A stretch of DNA of 54,071 nt from an uncultured Cocleimonas sp. (GTDB lineage: Bacteria; Pseudomonadota; Gammaproteobacteria; Thiotrichales; Thiotrichaceae). Position numbers and translations under genes: made by a program. Positions 31,601 through 39,903 of this stretch are shown here, piece by piece. The stretch lies in NCBI GenBank assembly GCA_964632635.1, contig CAZWEA010000001.1, positions 1 through 54,071 on the forward strand. The letters are read 5' to 3'. The notes below the pieces were generated by a model. It had not been told where the DNA came from, did no database searches, and saw only the letters and a list, made by a program, of their open reading frames with translations. Position 1 is the stretch's first letter, and every line of letters starts with the position of its first letter.

Positions 31601-32159
31601 GATAAGGTTTGTTACTCCCCATTGGAAATAAATCAATTAAGGAGCCACGTGTACTATATTCACCATGTTCCATTACCTGAGTGACATGACGGTAGCCAGC
31701 TTCCTCTAATTGAGCTCTGAAACCCTCAATATCCAATTTATCGCCAAGCTTTATCATCAAAGTATTAGCTCGAACATAAGCTACAGGAGGAAGCCGTTGC
31801 ATTAATGTAGCAACAGGAACGATTAGAACACCATGCTCTATATTTTGTAATTGATAGAGCGTTTTTAAGCGTTCAGAGATAAGGTCTTCATGAGGTGAGA
31901 AAACATCATAAGGCAGAGTTTCCCAGTCAGGGAAAATGTGAACATTACTATCACTACTTGTAGTATTTGTAAAAAATTGAATATTAGATTCAGCTGAATA
32001 GGCTTGGGAGCTATCAGAAGTAATAACAACTATTAGTCCTTTATATTCGGATGTTGCATTAGAAATAAGTAAATCTAAGGAGCAACCATGTAATTTACCC
32101 CAGCTAACTTTCTCAGTTTTTTTATCAGGATATATTGGATTTAAAGTAGGTAATAACAT
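28653..32159 (-). CDS. mfd: Transcription-repair coupling factor
   Basis: PDWETLPYD, VVHEEHGVGRY, GDVGFGKTEVA, DEEHRFGV and DLEIRGAG motifs. Confidence 0.98.
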   Translation of the reverse strand: MLLPTLNPIYPDKKTEKVSWGKLHGCSLDLLISNATSEYKGLIVVITSDSSQAYSAESNIQFFTNTTSSDSNVHIFPDWETLPYDVFSPHEDLISERLKTLYQLQNIEHGVLIVPVATLMQRLPPVAYVRANTLMIKLGDKLDIEGFRAQLEEAGYRHVTQVMEHGEYSTRGSLIDLFPMGSNKPYRIDLLDDEIESIRSFNPEDQRTIEKINKIQLLPAHEFPLNKEGIAKFKENYSTQLGGDLARSQIYDNVSNGNAPSGIEYYLPLFFDSTSTLFDYLPEKTLLISSDGTQTAAETFTGMIQDRYQQRRHDVERPLLPPDQLYLNTKELVEEINSHRQIDTHIFKQQDSNDNVGAHNYPVSTLPSLLIQGRSETPLILLKQFFSQLFTDEKNTNNEVSSSRILFTADSAGRRENLLSLLRDNGFSPSVVEDWHGFLQSNQTMCLCVAPLEKGLWIKHVAGEQLAIIPESMLFGSQVQQKRRRKKPTRDADTIIRNLTDLSEGDPVVHEEHGVGRYMGMQKLTTTGIEQEFITLEYAKGDKLYVPVASLHLISRYTGVSAEHAPLHTLGTEHWDKVRKKAAQKAHDVAAELLEIHARRAAQKGHSFTFNEIEYLAFADTFPFEETPDQAAAIGTVIKDMISDRPMDRVTCGDVGFGKTEVAMRATFVAANSGKQVAIIAPTTLLVQQHAKNFRDRFADWPFKIGSLSRFKTPKETRETLAQMASGDIDIVIGTHKLLQKDIEFKDLGLVIVDEEHRFGVRQKEQLKKLRSNVDMLTLTATPIPRTLNMSLAGLRDLSIIATPPTQRHSIKTFVNEWDRALIQEACARELARGGQVYFLHNEVKTIQKMADDLQEILPNTSVRFAHGQMPERELESIMKDFYHQRFQVLVATTIIESGIDVPTANTIIINRADKLGLAQLHQIRGRVGRSHHKAYAYLIIPGKKLISADAKKRLEAIESLEDLGVGFTLASHDLEIRGAGELLGSDQSGQIQEIGFSMYNDLLERAVKALKAGKLPQLDGSETRTSVDLGLPALIPDDYLPDVHHRLIMYKRIASAKDAEALRELRVEMIDRFGLLPDQVNNLFEVTRLKQIAQKLGILKLDMGEEGGRILFNEKPSIDPMKIMGLVQKRPWEFKIKGQDKLYFEYETMKELEQRVQWIRRLFNEIE

Positions 32160-32301
32160 CTATCAATGACTTACAAGCAAGTGTTAAAAAAAACCGCAAA
32201 TGATACCGTGAAATATTAATATTAGCGATGTAAAAATAATTCTGACTCGTATATTATGCATCAGTTAAAGAATAATAATGTCATAATATGCGGGTATAGA
32301 A

Positions 32302-33042
32302 ATGAAACTGAAGGGTGAAATGTCAATGCTCAATGTCTTGCATCTAGAAGATATTGATGTAGCTGCAATTTGTAGTGAATTACAAAGCAAAAAAGATGAA
32401 GCACCTCAGTTTTTTATACAAAGCCCAATCGTGGTTGATTGTGAGGGTGTTGATGATCAAATCAAAAATTTAGATTTTAGCGCATTAAAGAAAGGCATTG
32501 AGGAAGTAGGATTTATCCCTGTCGGCGTAAGAAATATTCCTGAGAGTATGTCTATATCAATAACGAAACAAGGTTGGGCTGTGATGCGTGAACACAAGGC
32601 ATCTAATTCAAAAGAAAATATAAAGGAACAAACGCAAACTCAGGCTGATGTAGCAAACTGTAAAAAAGACGTTGCTGAAGTATTGGCTCATCCAGTTCCA
32701 GTTGCAGAAATCAAATCAGTTACTGTGAGTCGACCAGTAAGGTCAGGTCAGCAGGTTTATGCAGCACAGTCAGACATGACAGTATTGGCACCAACTAGTG
32801 CTGGTTCTGAAGTGATGGCAGATGGCTCTATTCATATATATGGTCCATTACGTGGACGCGTATTGGCAGGTGCGAGAGGCAATGAAGATGCTCGAATTTT
32901 TTGCCAATCATTACAAGCAGAGTTAATTGCTATAGCTGGGCGTTATCAATTATTAGATGAATTAGATACAAAATTAATTGGTAAACCAGCAATGATTCGC
33001 TTAGACGGAGAGAAACTAATTATCGAACCTTTGCTTGCTTAG
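32302..33042 (+). CDS. minC: Septum site-determining protein MinC
   Basis: PVRSGQQVYA, ADGSIHIYGPLRGR and AELIAIAG motifs. Confidence 0.95.
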   Translation: MKLKGEMSMLNVLHLEDIDVAAICSELQSKKDEAPQFFIQSPIVVDCEGVDDQIKNLDFSALKKGIEEVGFIPVGVRNIPESMSISITKQGWAVMREHKASNSKENIKEQTQTQADVANCKKDVAEVLAHPVPVAEIKSVTVSRPVRSGQQVYAAQSDMTVLAPTSAGSEVMADGSIHIYGPLRGRVLAGARGNEDARIFCQSLQAELIAIAGRYQLLDELDTKLIGKPAMIRLDGEKLIIEPLLA

Positions 33043-33060
33043 TAAGTAACAAGCAAAGGT
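33027..33060. other. Intercistronic hairpin spanning the minC stop codon
   Basis: ACCTTTGCTTG / CAAGCAAAGGT, 11-bp perfect stem, no U-tract. Confidence 0.55.
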
Positions 33061-33090
33061 AGAACACATTAATGATTTAGGAGATTTACA

Positions 33091-33903
33091 TTGAGTAAAG
33101 TTATTGTTGTCACTTCAGGTAAGGGTGGCGTAGGAAAGACAACATCAAGTGCTGCTTTTGCATCGGGATTAGCTGCAAAGGGGCATAAAACAGCCGTTAT
33201 TGATTTTGATGTGGGTTTGCGAAACCTTGATTTAATCATGGGTGTAGAACGCCGAGTGGTTTACGATTTCGTTAATGTCATTAATGGAGAAGCTACATTA
33301 AAACAGGCTCTCATTAAGGATAAACGTGTTGATAATCTCTATATTCTTCCAGCATCACAGACACGGGATAAAGATGCTCTTAATGAAGAGGGTGTTGAAA
33401 GTGTCATTAATGAATTAAAAGCAGATGGTTTTGAATATATTGTCTGTGATTCACCTGCAGGTATCGAAAGAGGCGCTTTTATGGCGCTTTATTTTGCGGA
33501 TGAAGCCATCGTGGTGACAAACCCTGAAGTATCATCTGTAAGAGACTCCGATAGGATTTTGGGTATATTGCAAAGTCGTTCTAAGTTAGCAGAAGAAGGT
33601 GGCACTGTTAAGGAACATTTATTAATTACGCGTTACTCGCCTGAACGTGTTGAAGGTGGGGATATGCTAAGTATGGAGGATATTGTAGAAATATTGTCCA
33701 TACCACTAATTGGGGTGATTCCTGAATCAGAGTCTGTATTGCAAGCTTCAAACAGCGGTGTCCCTGTTGTCTTAGATAAAGAAAGTATCGCAGGGCAGGC
33801 ATATATGGATATTGTTTCACGATTCTTAGGGGAAGATGTTCCGATGCGCTTTATTAAAGCCGAACAAAAGAAGGGTGGCTTCTTTAAGAAGCTATTCGGC
33901 TAA
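33091..33903 (+). CDS. minD: Septum site-determining ATPase MinD
   Basis: SGKGGVGKTT, GLRNLD, DSPAGIE and C-terminal amphipathic GFFKKLFG; TTG start after GGAG. Confidence 0.97.
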   Translation: MSKVIVVTSGKGGVGKTTSSAAFASGLAAKGHKTAVIDFDVGLRNLDLIMGVERRVVYDFVNVINGEATLKQALIKDKRVDNLYILPASQTRDKDALNEEGVESVINELKADGFEYIVCDSPAGIERGAFMALYFADEAIVVTNPEVSSVRDSDRILGILQSRSKLAEEGGTVKEHLLITRYSPERVEGGDMLSMEDIVEILSIPLIGVIPESESVLQASNSGVPVVLDKESIAGQAYMDIVSRFLGEDVPMRFIKAEQKKGGFFKKLFG

Positions 33904-33922
33904 AGACTAAGGAGACATTGAG

Positions 33923-34186
33923 ATGGGACTTTTAAGTTTCTTTAAAAAAGAGAAAAAGAAAAATACAGCAAGTCTTGCAAAAGAACGTTTACAAATAGTA
34001 ATCGCTCATGAGCATTCCGATTCTTCTAAGAAATCTCCGGATTATCTACCTAAACTTCGAGATGAAATTGTCGAGGTTATACGCAAGTATGTTCATGTAA
34101 GTGAAGATGATGTGAATGTGAATGTTGAGAAAGGTGAAGATTATGATGTGTTGGAGTTGAATATTACTTTGCCCGATAGTCATTAG
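33923..34186 (+). CDS. minE: Cell division topological specificity factor MinE
   Basis: TASLAKERLQIVIAHE and LELNITLP motifs. Confidence 0.96.
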   Translation: MGLLSFFKKEKKKNTASLAKERLQIVIAHEHSDSSKKSPDYLPKLRDEIVEVIRKYVHVSEDDVNVNVEKGEDYDVLELNITLPDSH

Positions 34187-34193
34187 TTATTGT

Positions 34194-34225
34194 CTAAAAA
34201 GGGTTTATTAGTAAACCCTTTTTAG
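34194..34225. terminator. Intrinsic terminator after minE
   Basis: CTAAAAAGGGTTTA-TTAG-TAAACCCTTTTTAG. Confidence 0.8.
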
Positions 34226-34298
34226 TTCAATATTTCGTTTCAGGTAGAAAAATCAAAAGAAAAGTACTACTATAAATAAGTAAACCTCTTAGCCTCTA

Positions 34299-34325
34299 AT
34301 GGACCCCCCTGTTTTTACAACATTA
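34299..34325 (+). repeat. Dispersed intergenic motif, copy 3 (degenerate, 27 bp)
   Basis: ATGGACCCCCCTGTTTTTACAACATTA; shares the CTGTTTTTA variant with copy 1. Confidence 0.55.
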
Positions 34326-34452
34326 GAACGCTGTTAACTCTAAGCCTTTCACTATGCTTTTAGTCTATAAATAGTAACCTTATAGCCTACTTAACCATCG
34401 TTTTAGTAGCAGCTTTGCTACTTTTGAATTCTGATTTATATATAGGTGAATT

Positions 34453-35064
34453 ATGCTAAAAAATACCATAAATATACTTATTATTACTATAGGATTACTA
34501 TCGGTGAGTTATGTTTCGGCTGATAGAAATATTAATTATTACCACCTAGCTAATATAGTGAATAAAGAATGGAGCTTCTTTAATGCGGGTTTGATAAAGA
34601 GAGCTCCTAAGAATAGTCGAACACGATGGAAGATTCATTTCACCCCTCCTATGCCATATAAATGGCCACCCGTGGCTAACGCGAAATCAAAAACCGTATA
34701 CTATGGTTATCCAGGAGGAATAAATAGCAAGAAACTAAAAAGACAAGAATACCGAGGCGGGCCTTGGATCAAAGTAACTGTTGATGCAGATAAGAAGGTA
34801 AAGAAAGAAATACTCACGAATAAGCTATCACTAATTGAAAATCAAGCAACGTGGTTAAAGCGATATAAAAGCTACCATAAGGTTTATAAGAAAAACCATG
34901 ATGCACCTCGCTTAGTTGCTAACTTTACGCGACGGACATTAACTAACGCATCTCAAACGAAGAAGATTAGGGCATATTATTGTCATTGGCAAAATACAGA
35001 AGTTATTGCAAGTAGCATTAAAAAAAGGCATTGGAATTTCTTTAAGTGGCTAAATTGCAAATAG
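34453..35064 (+). CDS. Hypothetical secreted, strongly basic protein
   Basis: 203 aa; Sec-type signal (VSA|D); K/R-rich; two Cys near the C-terminus; AGGTG RBS. Confidence 0.7.
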   Translation: MLKNTINILIITIGLLSVSYVSADRNINYYHLANIVNKEWSFFNAGLIKRAPKNSRTRWKIHFTPPMPYKWPPVANAKSKTVYYGYPGGINSKKLKRQEYRGGPWIKVTVDADKKVKKEILTNKLSLIENQATWLKRYKSYHKVYKKNHDAPRLVANFTRRTLTNASQTKKIRAYYCHWQNTEVIASSIKKRHWNFFKWLNCK

Positions 35065-35111
35065 TTACGCTGAGGTCTCTTTATTATAAGTAGTTTGGTT
35101 TTTAAAATTGA

Positions 35112-36485
35112 CTAAACAATAAACTGATAGGCTAAACCTAATAAAGCACTGCCAATAATGACTGTCATAATACCAATTTTAAATCTGACCAGTGCGATAA
35201 ATGCTGCAATACCAATCAATGCGGCAACCCATTCAAATCTTCCATTAAAGTCTAAATCTTTACTCTCTGGCCAGAGTACATGTAATGCAAAAAATAGTGC
35301 TAGGTTTAAGATAACGCCAACAACTGCTGCAGTAATTGCGGTTAAGGGTGCAGTGAACTTTAGGTCATCTCTGGTTGCTTCAACGGCAGGACCACCAACG
35401 AGTATAAAGAGGAAGGAAGGTAAAAAAGTAAATAAGGCAGCTATTGCCGCACCTACGGCTCCCGCCCAAGGTAGCATCTCAGGGCCAAAGACTTCTTTTG
35501 TCCATGCGCCTACAAAGCCAACAAATGAAACGACCATTATCAAAGGACCTGGTGTGGTTTCACCAAGTGCTAAGCCATCTATCATTTGTGTTGCGGTTAA
35601 CCATGAAAATTCTTCAACACCACCTTGATAAACATAAGGTAGGACTGCATATGCACCGCCAAAAGTAACTAATGCTGCTTTGGTAAAGAACCAGCCCATT
35701 TTAGTCAGAGTGCCTTCCCAGCCATAAGCCATTGTTAGTGCGATCATTGCTGCTGCCCAGATAAGGAAGCCAATGATTAAATAACTAATGACCTTATTCC
35801 ACTTAAAACGTGCATGATCAGGAGTAGGGGTATTATCGTCTATCAGCGCAGTTCCATAGTTTGCATCCGCATCACCATGATGACCACCAGCTTTGAACAT
35901 TTCCGGGTAAAATCGAGAGCCAATATAACCAATTATTCCTGCTGCCAGAACGATATAAGGAAAAGGAATTTTAAAGAAAAAGATAGCTATAAAAGCAAAT
36001 AGAGCAATTGCACGTAATACATTATTAGGCAGTGCTTTAGAGCCGATGCGATAAGCTGCAAATAAAACAATGGCTGTTACAGCAGGTTTAATACCATATA
36101 AAATGCCTTCAATCGCAGGCACATTACCATAAGCTAAGTACACCCATGTCAGGCCAATAAGAATAAAAAGGGAAGGCAATACAAATAATACACCTGCCAT
36201 TATGCCGCCTCGTACGCCATGCATAAGCCAGCCAATATAAGTGGCTAATTGCTGTGCCTCAGGGCCGGGTAAAACCATGGTGTAATTTAAAGCGTGTAAA
36301 AAACGCTGATTTGAAATCCAGTGGCGTTTCTCTACTAACTCTTGATGCATCATACTAATTTGACCCGCAGGACCACCAAAGCTAATAAAGCCGAGTTTAA
36401 GCCAGTAAATAAAGGACTCCATCATGGAAACTGCTTTTGGTGCAGATTGAGCTGTGGTTTGGCTATGATTAGTATTATCAGACAT
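35112..36485 (-). CDS. chrA: Chromate/oxyanion efflux transporter (long-chain CHR)
   Basis: LGFISFGGP, LPGPEA, TFGGAYAV and ETTPGP motifs; likely start ATG 36485 after AAGGA. Confidence 0.92.
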   Translation of the reverse strand: MSDNTNHSQTTAQSAPKAVSMMESFIYWLKLGFISFGGPAGQISMMHQELVEKRHWISNQRFLHALNYTMVLPGPEAQQLATYIGWLMHGVRGGIMAGVLFVLPSLFILIGLTWVYLAYGNVPAIEGILYGIKPAVTAIVLFAAYRIGSKALPNNVLRAIALFAFIAIFFFKIPFPYIVLAAGIIGYIGSRFYPEMFKAGGHHGDADANYGTALIDDNTPTPDHARFKWNKVISYLIIGFLIWAAAMIALTMAYGWEGTLTKMGWFFTKAALVTFGGAYAVLPYVYQGGVEEFSWLTATQMIDGLALGETTPGPLIMVVSFVGFVGAWTKEVFGPEMLPWAGAVGAAIAALFTFLPSFLFILVGGPAVEATRDDLKFTAPLTAITAAVVGVILNLALFFALHVLWPESKDLDFNGRFEWVAALIGIAAFIALVRFKIGIMTVIIGSALLGLAYQFIV

Positions 36486-36534
36486 TAAAACTTCCTTGTT
36501 GACTCTGCATGACAACAGAGGATTCATATGTTTG

Positions 36535-36563
36535 CAATTGTGTAAAAAAGGGGGGGGTGCCAT
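36535..36563 (-). repeat. Dispersed 29-bp intergenic motif, copy 4
   Basis: Reverse complement ATGGCACCCCCCCCTTTTTTACACAATTG. Confidence 0.85.
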
Positions 36564-36664
36564 ATATGAGACTTCTGCACAATAATATACTTATTGTTCT
36601 GTCGTTATACTTTTGCGAAAAGTCTCATACTATAATTATATGGCACTTATAAGATATAAACTGG

Positions 36665-38428
36665 CTATTTTTTCTTTGGAATATAAATATCAGTACAAGT
36701 TCCTTCCGCAACTTCTGCCGCAAAATTTAGTGTCTCAGAAAGCGTTGGATGTGGGTGAACCGTTAAGCCAATATCTTCTGCATCAGCCCCCATTTCTAGT
36801 GCCAATACTGCTTCAGCAATTAATTCACCTGCATTGGTTCCAACAATACCTGCACCAATGAGTTGCCCCGTTTCTTTATCAAACAAGACTTTTGTCAACC
36901 CTTCATTGCGCCCGATACTTAAAGAACGTCCGCTAGCAGCCCAAGGGAATGCACCTTTTTTAACTTCGATGCCTTCAGCCTTACACTCCTCTTCTGTTTT
37001 ACCCATCCAAGCAATTTCTGGATCAGTATAAGCGACTGATGGAATCGCGCGTGCATCAAAGAAAGATTTGTGACCTGCGACATTCTCGGCAGCCGTTTTG
37101 CCTTCATGTGTAGCTTTATGAGCCAACATGGGTTGACCAACCACATCACCAATTGCAAAAATATGATCGACATTAGTTCGTTGCTGTTTATCTACTTCAA
37201 TAAAGCCCCAGTCATTTACGGTAACACCTGCATTTTCAGCATTTATGAGTTTGCCATTAGGACTACGTCCAATAGAAACCAGTACACGGTCGAATGTGTC
37301 TGATTCAGGAGCACCTTTTTTACTACCAACCGTTTTGCCTTCAAACTTACAAACCAAACCTTTTTTATTTGGTTTAATTTCAGTTACTTTAGTATCAAGG
37401 AAAATATTTTCATATTTCTTTTTAATACGACGTTCTAAAGGTCGAACAAGATCACGATCAGCACCTGGCATTAATCCAGAGCCAAGTTCAACAACAGTGA
37501 TATCAGTGCCAAGTGCATCATATACTGTCGCCATCTCTAGCCCGATGATACCGCCACCCACGACTAACATTCGCTTAGGAACTTCTTCGAGTTCCAATGC
37601 ACCGGTAGAGTCCATCACACGAGGATCATCCCAAGGAATAAAAGGCAGTTTGGTTACACGCGAACCAGCCGCGATAATACAATTATCAAAACCTACGGTA
37701 CTGGTGCTGCCATCATCTGCTGTAACTTCGATAGCATTTGCCGAAGTGAACTTACCGTAGCCATGAACTATTTGTACTTTACGTTGTTTAGCTAGTTGCT
37801 TTAAACCGCCCGTGAGTTTCTTAACAATGCCTGCTTTGTAATCACGAACTTTATCAATATCAACTTTAGGCTTATCAAAAGTAACGCCAAGATGATCAGC
37901 TTCTGCAGCTTCATTAATGACTTGTGCAGTGTGTAGGAGTGCTTTTGAAGGAATACAACCCACATTCAAACAGACACCGCCAATATTTTCATATTTTTCT
38001 ATTAAGATAACATCTACACCAAGGTCTGCAGCACGAAACGCTGCTGTGTAGCCACCTGGGCCAGAGCCAAGAACAACCAGTTTAGCATGTTGATCTGATT
38101 CAACATCAGTGCTAGCAGCTTGCGGAGCAGGAGTTTCAGCTTTTGATTCTGTGTTTTTAGTAGCCGTTTCACTGCTGCTAGTTGACACACTTTCTTTAAG
38201 TAATGCGATTAAACTACCTTGTTTTATTTTATCGCCCACTGAGACTTTAACGTCAGTAATCTCACCAGAAGAAGGGGATGGAATTTCCATGGATGCTTTA
38301 TCTGACTCAACAGTAATAAGAGAGTCTTCGCTTTGAACGCTATCACCTTTGCTAACAAGTACTTCAATTACTTCTACTTCGTCAAAATCGCCAATATCGG
38401 GTACGTTAATTTCTATTGTGTTGCTCAC
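36665..38428 (-). CDS. lpdA: Dihydrolipoamide dehydrogenase with N-terminal lipoyl domain
   Basis: ESDKASME lipoyl motif, GGVCLNVGCIPSK, HPHPTLSE. Confidence 0.97.
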   Translation of the reverse strand: MSNTIEINVPDIGDFDEVEVIEVLVSKGDSVQSEDSLITVESDKASMEIPSPSSGEITDVKVSVGDKIKQGSLIALLKESVSTSSSETATKNTESKAETPAPQAASTDVESDQHAKLVVLGSGPGGYTAAFRAADLGVDVILIEKYENIGGVCLNVGCIPSKALLHTAQVINEAAEADHLGVTFDKPKVDIDKVRDYKAGIVKKLTGGLKQLAKQRKVQIVHGYGKFTSANAIEVTADDGSTSTVGFDNCIIAAGSRVTKLPFIPWDDPRVMDSTGALELEEVPKRMLVVGGGIIGLEMATVYDALGTDITVVELGSGLMPGADRDLVRPLERRIKKKYENIFLDTKVTEIKPNKKGLVCKFEGKTVGSKKGAPESDTFDRVLVSIGRSPNGKLINAENAGVTVNDWGFIEVDKQQRTNVDHIFAIGDVVGQPMLAHKATHEGKTAAENVAGHKSFFDARAIPSVAYTDPEIAWMGKTEEECKAEGIEVKKGAFPWAASGRSLSIGRNEGLTKVLFDKETGQLIGAGIVGTNAGELIAEAVLALEMGADAEDIGLTVHPHPTLSETLNFAAEVAEGTCTDIYIPKKK

Positions 38429-38463
38429 GTTGTAATCTCTTCTTAATAATTTTTAAAATATTG

Positions 38464-38580
38464 TACTGTTCAGATGGCACCAAAAAACTGTCAAATTAAA
38501 GCGGGAAATGTGAACTTACAGGTGTAAGTGATCATTTTTCAGCGCTGAGTTGGCGGTTATTAGGTGTGAGCCGTGCAGTA
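38464..38580. repeat. ~117-bp imperfect palindromic intergenic element (ERIC/MITE-like)
   Basis: Nested pairings TACTG/CAGTA, GCACC/GGTGT, AACTGTCAA/TTGGCGGTT, AAATG/CATTT, ACTTACA/TGTAAGT. Confidence 0.65.
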
Positions 38581-38589
38581 ACAAGAACT

Positions 38590-39891
38590 TTAGACCATCA
38601 TTCGCCTAATGTCAGATAACATTTTACTTAAATGTGTTGTAAATCTAGCGCCATCAGCACCATCAATCACACGGTGATCATAAGACAGTGATAATGGAAG
38701 CATTAAGCGTGGCTCAAATTCTGTTCCATTCCATTGTGGCTCCATCTTAGAGCGTGACACACCAAGGATTGCAACTTCAGGTGCATTCACAATGGGTGTA
38801 AATTGAGTTCCACCAATACCACCAAGGCTAGTGATAGTAAAACAACCACCTTGCATATCAGAAGGCTTAAGTTTTTTATCACGAGCTTTTGTAGCAAGCT
38901 CTCGAATTTCTTGTGATATCTCAACCAGTGATTTCTGATCTGCTTCTCGGATAACGGGAACAACTAAACCGTTTGGGGTATCTACAGCAATACCCACATT
39001 AAAATACTTTTTCAGAATAAGGTTTTCACCCGTGATATCCAAAGAACTATTAAAACGAGGAAAAGCTTTTAAAGAGGCTACTACTGCCCAAACAATAAAG
39101 GCTAAAGGCGTAATTTTAATGCCTTCTTTTTCCATTTCCTTGCCCATTTGTTTACGAAAAGCTTCCATGTCAGTAATGTCAGCTTCATCAAATTGAGTTA
39201 CATGAGGTACAGTCACCCAGCTCCGATGTAAGTGTTGTCCTGTAAGCTTGTTGATTTTGCTAAGCGCTTCGTTTTCTATTTCACCCCATTGACTGAAATC
39301 TATTTCAGGAGCAGGTTTGATGCCTAGAGATGCACCACTTCCACCTGAGGTAGACATTGCTTTTTTAACAAAGCCTTTTACATCATCTTTATTGATACGA
39401 CCTTTGCGGCTTGTTCCATCAACATCTCCAAGGTCTACACCGAGTTCACGTGCAAATCTACGTACTGATGGGCTGGCATAGGCCTTGCTAAATCTGACTT
39501 CATCAATTTGTGCTGTGGGAGAAGGCTTATCACTGGGAAGTTTACCCGGTGAGGATTTAGCTGGAGTAGATTTAGCAGGTGCCATTTGTTCGTGTTTAGT
39601 TTCTTCTTTCTGCTGTGGCTTCTCCTCTATATTTGGAGTAGAGGTTGTCGAAGCATCGACATCCATCATAATAATGACGCTACCTTCAGAAATATCATCC
39701 CCTACAGATACCTTAAGCTTAACCACTGTTCCAGATTCACTGCTTGGAATTTCCATTGACGCTTTATCAGACTCTACTGTAATCAGTGAATCTTCAACTT
39801 GAACCACATCACCTTCTGCAACTAAAAGTTCAATCACCTCAACAGAATCAAAATCACCAATATCAGGCACTACAATTTCTTTAATACTCAT
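38590..39891 (-). CDS. aceF: Pyruvate dehydrogenase E2, single lipoyl domain
   Basis: ESDKASME, ASPSVRRFARELG and SYDHRVIDG motifs. Confidence 0.97.
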   Translation of the reverse strand: MSIKEIVVPDIGDFDSVEVIELLVAEGDVVQVEDSLITVESDKASMEIPSSESGTVVKLKVSVGDDISEGSVIIMMDVDASTTSTPNIEEKPQQKEETKHEQMAPAKSTPAKSSPGKLPSDKPSPTAQIDEVRFSKAYASPSVRRFARELGVDLGDVDGTSRKGRINKDDVKGFVKKAMSTSGGSGASLGIKPAPEIDFSQWGEIENEALSKINKLTGQHLHRSWVTVPHVTQFDEADITDMEAFRKQMGKEMEKEGIKITPLAFIVWAVVASLKAFPRFNSSLDITGENLILKKYFNVGIAVDTPNGLVVPVIREADQKSLVEISQEIRELATKARDKKLKPSDMQGGCFTITSLGGIGGTQFTPIVNAPEVAILGVSRSKMEPQWNGTEFEPRLMLPLSLSYDHRVIDGADGARFTTHLSKMLSDIRRMMV

Positions 39892-39903
39892 TTGAATGCC
39901 TCC

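Noticed and set aside
32238-32266. dif-like GTATATTATG between mfd and minC
   Set aside because: The XerC arm and most of the XerD arm do not match.
17592-34325. Near-equal spacing of copies 1-3 (8358 and 8349 bp)
   Set aside because: The spacing does not continue to copies 4-6 and is likely coincidence.
36550-36557. G8 tracts as phase-variation switches
   Set aside because: Tract length is constant among copies and embedded in conserved flanks; read-level data would be needed to show variation.
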